Shown here: positions 63,557 to 64,000 of the stretch, piece by piece
How the letters are laid out: each line of letters begins with the position of its first letter
Numbering within the stretch: the first letter of the stretch is position 1
Assembly (NCBI GenBank): GCA_937952285.1
Contig: CALFZE010000048.1
Location: 3,320 to 67,319 of the forward strand
Length of the DNA: 64,000 nucleotides
Direction: 5' to 3'
DNA from: an uncultured Bacteriovoracaceae bacterium
GTDB lineage: Bacteria; Bdellovibrionota; UBA2428
Translations under genes and position numbers: made by a program
The notes under the pieces: model-generated
What the model was told of the DNA's origin: nothing
The model's input: the letters and a program-made list of their open reading frames with translations, nothing else
Databases searched by the model: none

Positions 63557-64000
63557 GGATTTCGAAATGTTCTTCTTCCAAAAATCTTCGACTCGCCGTT
63601 TGGCGCAGATCCTCCTGGGGATCGTGACCATTCCGGTCGGAACGCGTGCGTGGGCGCTTCCCGATCCGCGCCGCACGCTCATGGCGGATGCCCTCAAGGA
63701 GGTTTACGAAGCGCAGCCGTCGATCCGCGAATCCAAAATCCTCGGCGATCACGAACGGCAGACGACTCTCTACGTGGGGCCCGCGGCCCGCAAAGAACGG
63801 GCCGGAAGCTTTCAGTGGATCGACTACGCCGGCACTTGCGGGCAGCTCAAGAATCTCTTCGAGCTGAGCTACTTCATGCCCAAGGGCGATTCTTCGGGTT
63901 GGCCGAAAGCCGCGCGTCGGGGTTCGGTGTCGCCTTTCTTCGATTACCACTACGGCAACGCGGTCGCGCAATCCGAAACCCTGCGCCAGCTCGCCGGCCG
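63557..64000 (+). CDS. Secreted hypothetical protein, 5' part (runs off window end)
   Basis: ATG at 63557. Signal-like N-terminus RRLAQILLGIVTIPVGTRAWALP. Strong GC3 bias and no stop through 64000. Not in the ORF track because it is incomplete. Overlapping listed ORFs (63384..63971 -, 63646..63867 +) lack GC3 bias. Confidence 0.45.

Noticed and set aside
1-64000. tRNA, rRNA, transposase, integrase, prophage or restriction-modification genes
   Set aside because: None found on either strand. No tRNA-like T-arm or anticodon-stem signatures (e.g. GGTTCGAATCC) outside coding context. No recombinase or HNH/PD-(D/E)xK-type nuclease motifs recognised by eye.

Overview
Annotation of a 64 kb GC-rich bacterial chromosomal window, plus a hunt for unusual features. 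The GC bias is strongest at third codon positions, and the window is almost fully coding on both strands. Gene content points to a flagellated, diderm (Gram-negative) organism: flagellar filament cap genes (fliD-fliS), a complete-looking Flp/Tad pilus locus, a TolQ-TolR-TolA-TolB cluster, and a four-gene MlaFE-like ABC transporter. Many secreted proteins and lipoproteins carry peptidase motifs (S8 subtilase, thermolysin-like HEXXH, S11 DD-carboxypeptidase, papain-like). This would fit a proteolytic or predatory deltaproteobacterium or Bdellovibrionota-like lifestyle, but that placement is only inference. Housekeeping genes identified with good confidence are map, gltA/citZ-type citrate synthase, trmFO, xseB-ispA-tlyA, tsaC/sua5, ppx/gppA, glmU-glmS, fumC, rpsR, prkA, coaBC and a beta-CASP RNase. 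I found no rRNA, tRNA, CRISPR array, transposase or integrase. The most unusual items are: (i) a small AT-rich islet near the 3' end with an ORF ending in a (GGGCGS)n Cys/Gly/Ser repeat tail that looks like a RiPP/LAP-type precursor or metal-binding peptide; (ii) the Tad locus architecture, with three tandem Flp pilins, a fused CpaE(TadZ)-CpaF(TadA) ATPase and a single platform gene; (iii) an Mla-like ABC system with two ATPases, one with a degenerate H-loop, two permeases and no MCE partner; (iv) a perfectly conserved in-frame 30-bp x4 tandem repeat in tolB; (v) an unlisted 37-codon highly basic ORF with an apparently leaderless promoter just upstream of rpsR. Most long antisense ORFs in the six-frame track are GC-frame artefacts.
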